NCBI GenBank assembly: GCA_027297205.1
Contig: JAPUIH010000281.1
Location: 1 to 35,402, forward strand
Reading direction: 5' to 3'
DNA from: SAR324 cluster bacterium
Lineage (GTDB): Bacteria > SAR324 > JACQKK01
DNA: 35,402 nt
The translations under genes were made by a program, and so were the position numbers. The notes under the pieces were generated by a model. The model ran no database searches and was not told the origin of the DNA. It worked only from the letters and a program-made list of their open reading frames with translations. Positions 34,804 through 35,402 of this stretch are shown here, in pieces (positions within the stretch are counted from its first letter, which is position 1; every line of letters begins with the position of its first letter).

Positions 34804-35402
34804 TTAATCCGAAGGCCGTTCGGTGACCAGGGCGCTTGCCGGGCTTTTACCCCGATTGACGATTTTGCCCAGAACCACCACGGGCACCACCAACGAAAGA
34901 CCCACCCAGTTGGATACAGTCTCAGGAAAGGCCAGCAGCAACCCGGAGGCCACACACAAGGCGCGAGTGAGCAGGGACAGGGGGTCGGCTGCCAGCACTC
35001 CCACTTTCACCAGGTAGCCCTGGAGCCCGGAGGCGATCAGGGTCACGCCAAAGATCGCCGTGGCGAACTCGTACGCCACCTCCCACAGCGGCCCGTGGAA
35101 TACCAGGGCCGGGTTGAGCACGAAGAAGAAAGGCAGAAAATAAATGATGCTGCCCAGCCGCATCGCTTCCAGCCCCGTGCGGATGGGGCTGGCCCCCGCC
35201 AGGCTGGCCGCGGCGAACGCGCCCAGGGCAACCGGGGGCGTGATGAAAGACACCATCCCCCAATACAGAATGAACAAATGCACCGCGAGGGGATCAAGAC
35301 CAAGTTCCACCAGGGCCGGCGCCAGCACGATTGCCAGGAAAATGTAGGCGGCGGTGACGGTCATGCCCACACCGAGGATGAAGCTGGTCAGCGCGCCCAT
35401 CA
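34804..35402 (-). CDS. TRAP transporter 4TM/12TM fused permease, C-terminal part (5' truncated by window edge)
   Basis: ILGVGMTVTAAYI, APAL, HLFILYWGMVSFITPPVALGAFAAA, PFFFVLNPAL. Confidence 0.9.
   Translation of the reverse strand, partial: MGALTSFILGVGMTVTAAYIFLAIVLAPALVELGLDPLAVHLFILYWGMVSFITPPVALGAFAAASLAGASPIRTGLEAMRLGSIIYFLPFFFVLNPALVFHGPLWEVAYEFATAIFGVTLIASGLQGYLVKVGVLAADPLSLLTRALCVASGLLLAFPETVSNWVGLSLVVPVVVLGKIVNRGKSPASALVTERPSD

Noticed and set aside
1-35402. CRISPR arrays, tRNA or rRNA genes, transposases, integrases, prophage or defence systems
   Set aside because: No regularly spaced repeats, cloverleaf or T-loop signatures, or relevant protein motifs found by eye.

Overview
GC-rich bacterial chromosomal window made up mostly of core genes; gene content and sigma-54 flagellar promoters suggest a delta-proteobacterial-like lineage such as SAR324, which is a weak inference. 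In order: 3' end of a TauD/TfdA dioxygenase, a fused double-domain family III CoA-transferase, an MmgE/PrpD protein, a flagellar basal-body cluster (flgB-flgC-fliE-like paralogue-fliE-fliF-fliH-fliI) with no fliG or fliJ and two sigma-54 promoters, a hypothetical exported protein, rplM-rpsI, nnr, a lipoprotein, an orphan NtrB-like kinase, trmFO, hflKC, a STAS protein, a REP-like hairpin, a 6S RNA overlapping the zapA 3' end, a divergent type I-beta DAHP synthase, lgt, waaF, a PduO-type adenosyltransferase, PBP1A preceded by a membrane-anchored protein with a phage MuF-like Cys/His motif, rpmH-rnpA-yidD-yidC (no dnaA, jag or mnmE beside it), a small Cys-motif protein, folD, pncA, a thiolase and a partial TRAP fused permease. 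I found no CRISPR array, tRNA, rRNA or transposase. The best leads are the tandem divergent FliE paralogue in a fliG-less cluster and the MuF-like protein coupled to PBP1A. All calls are by-eye motif recognition; no searches were run.
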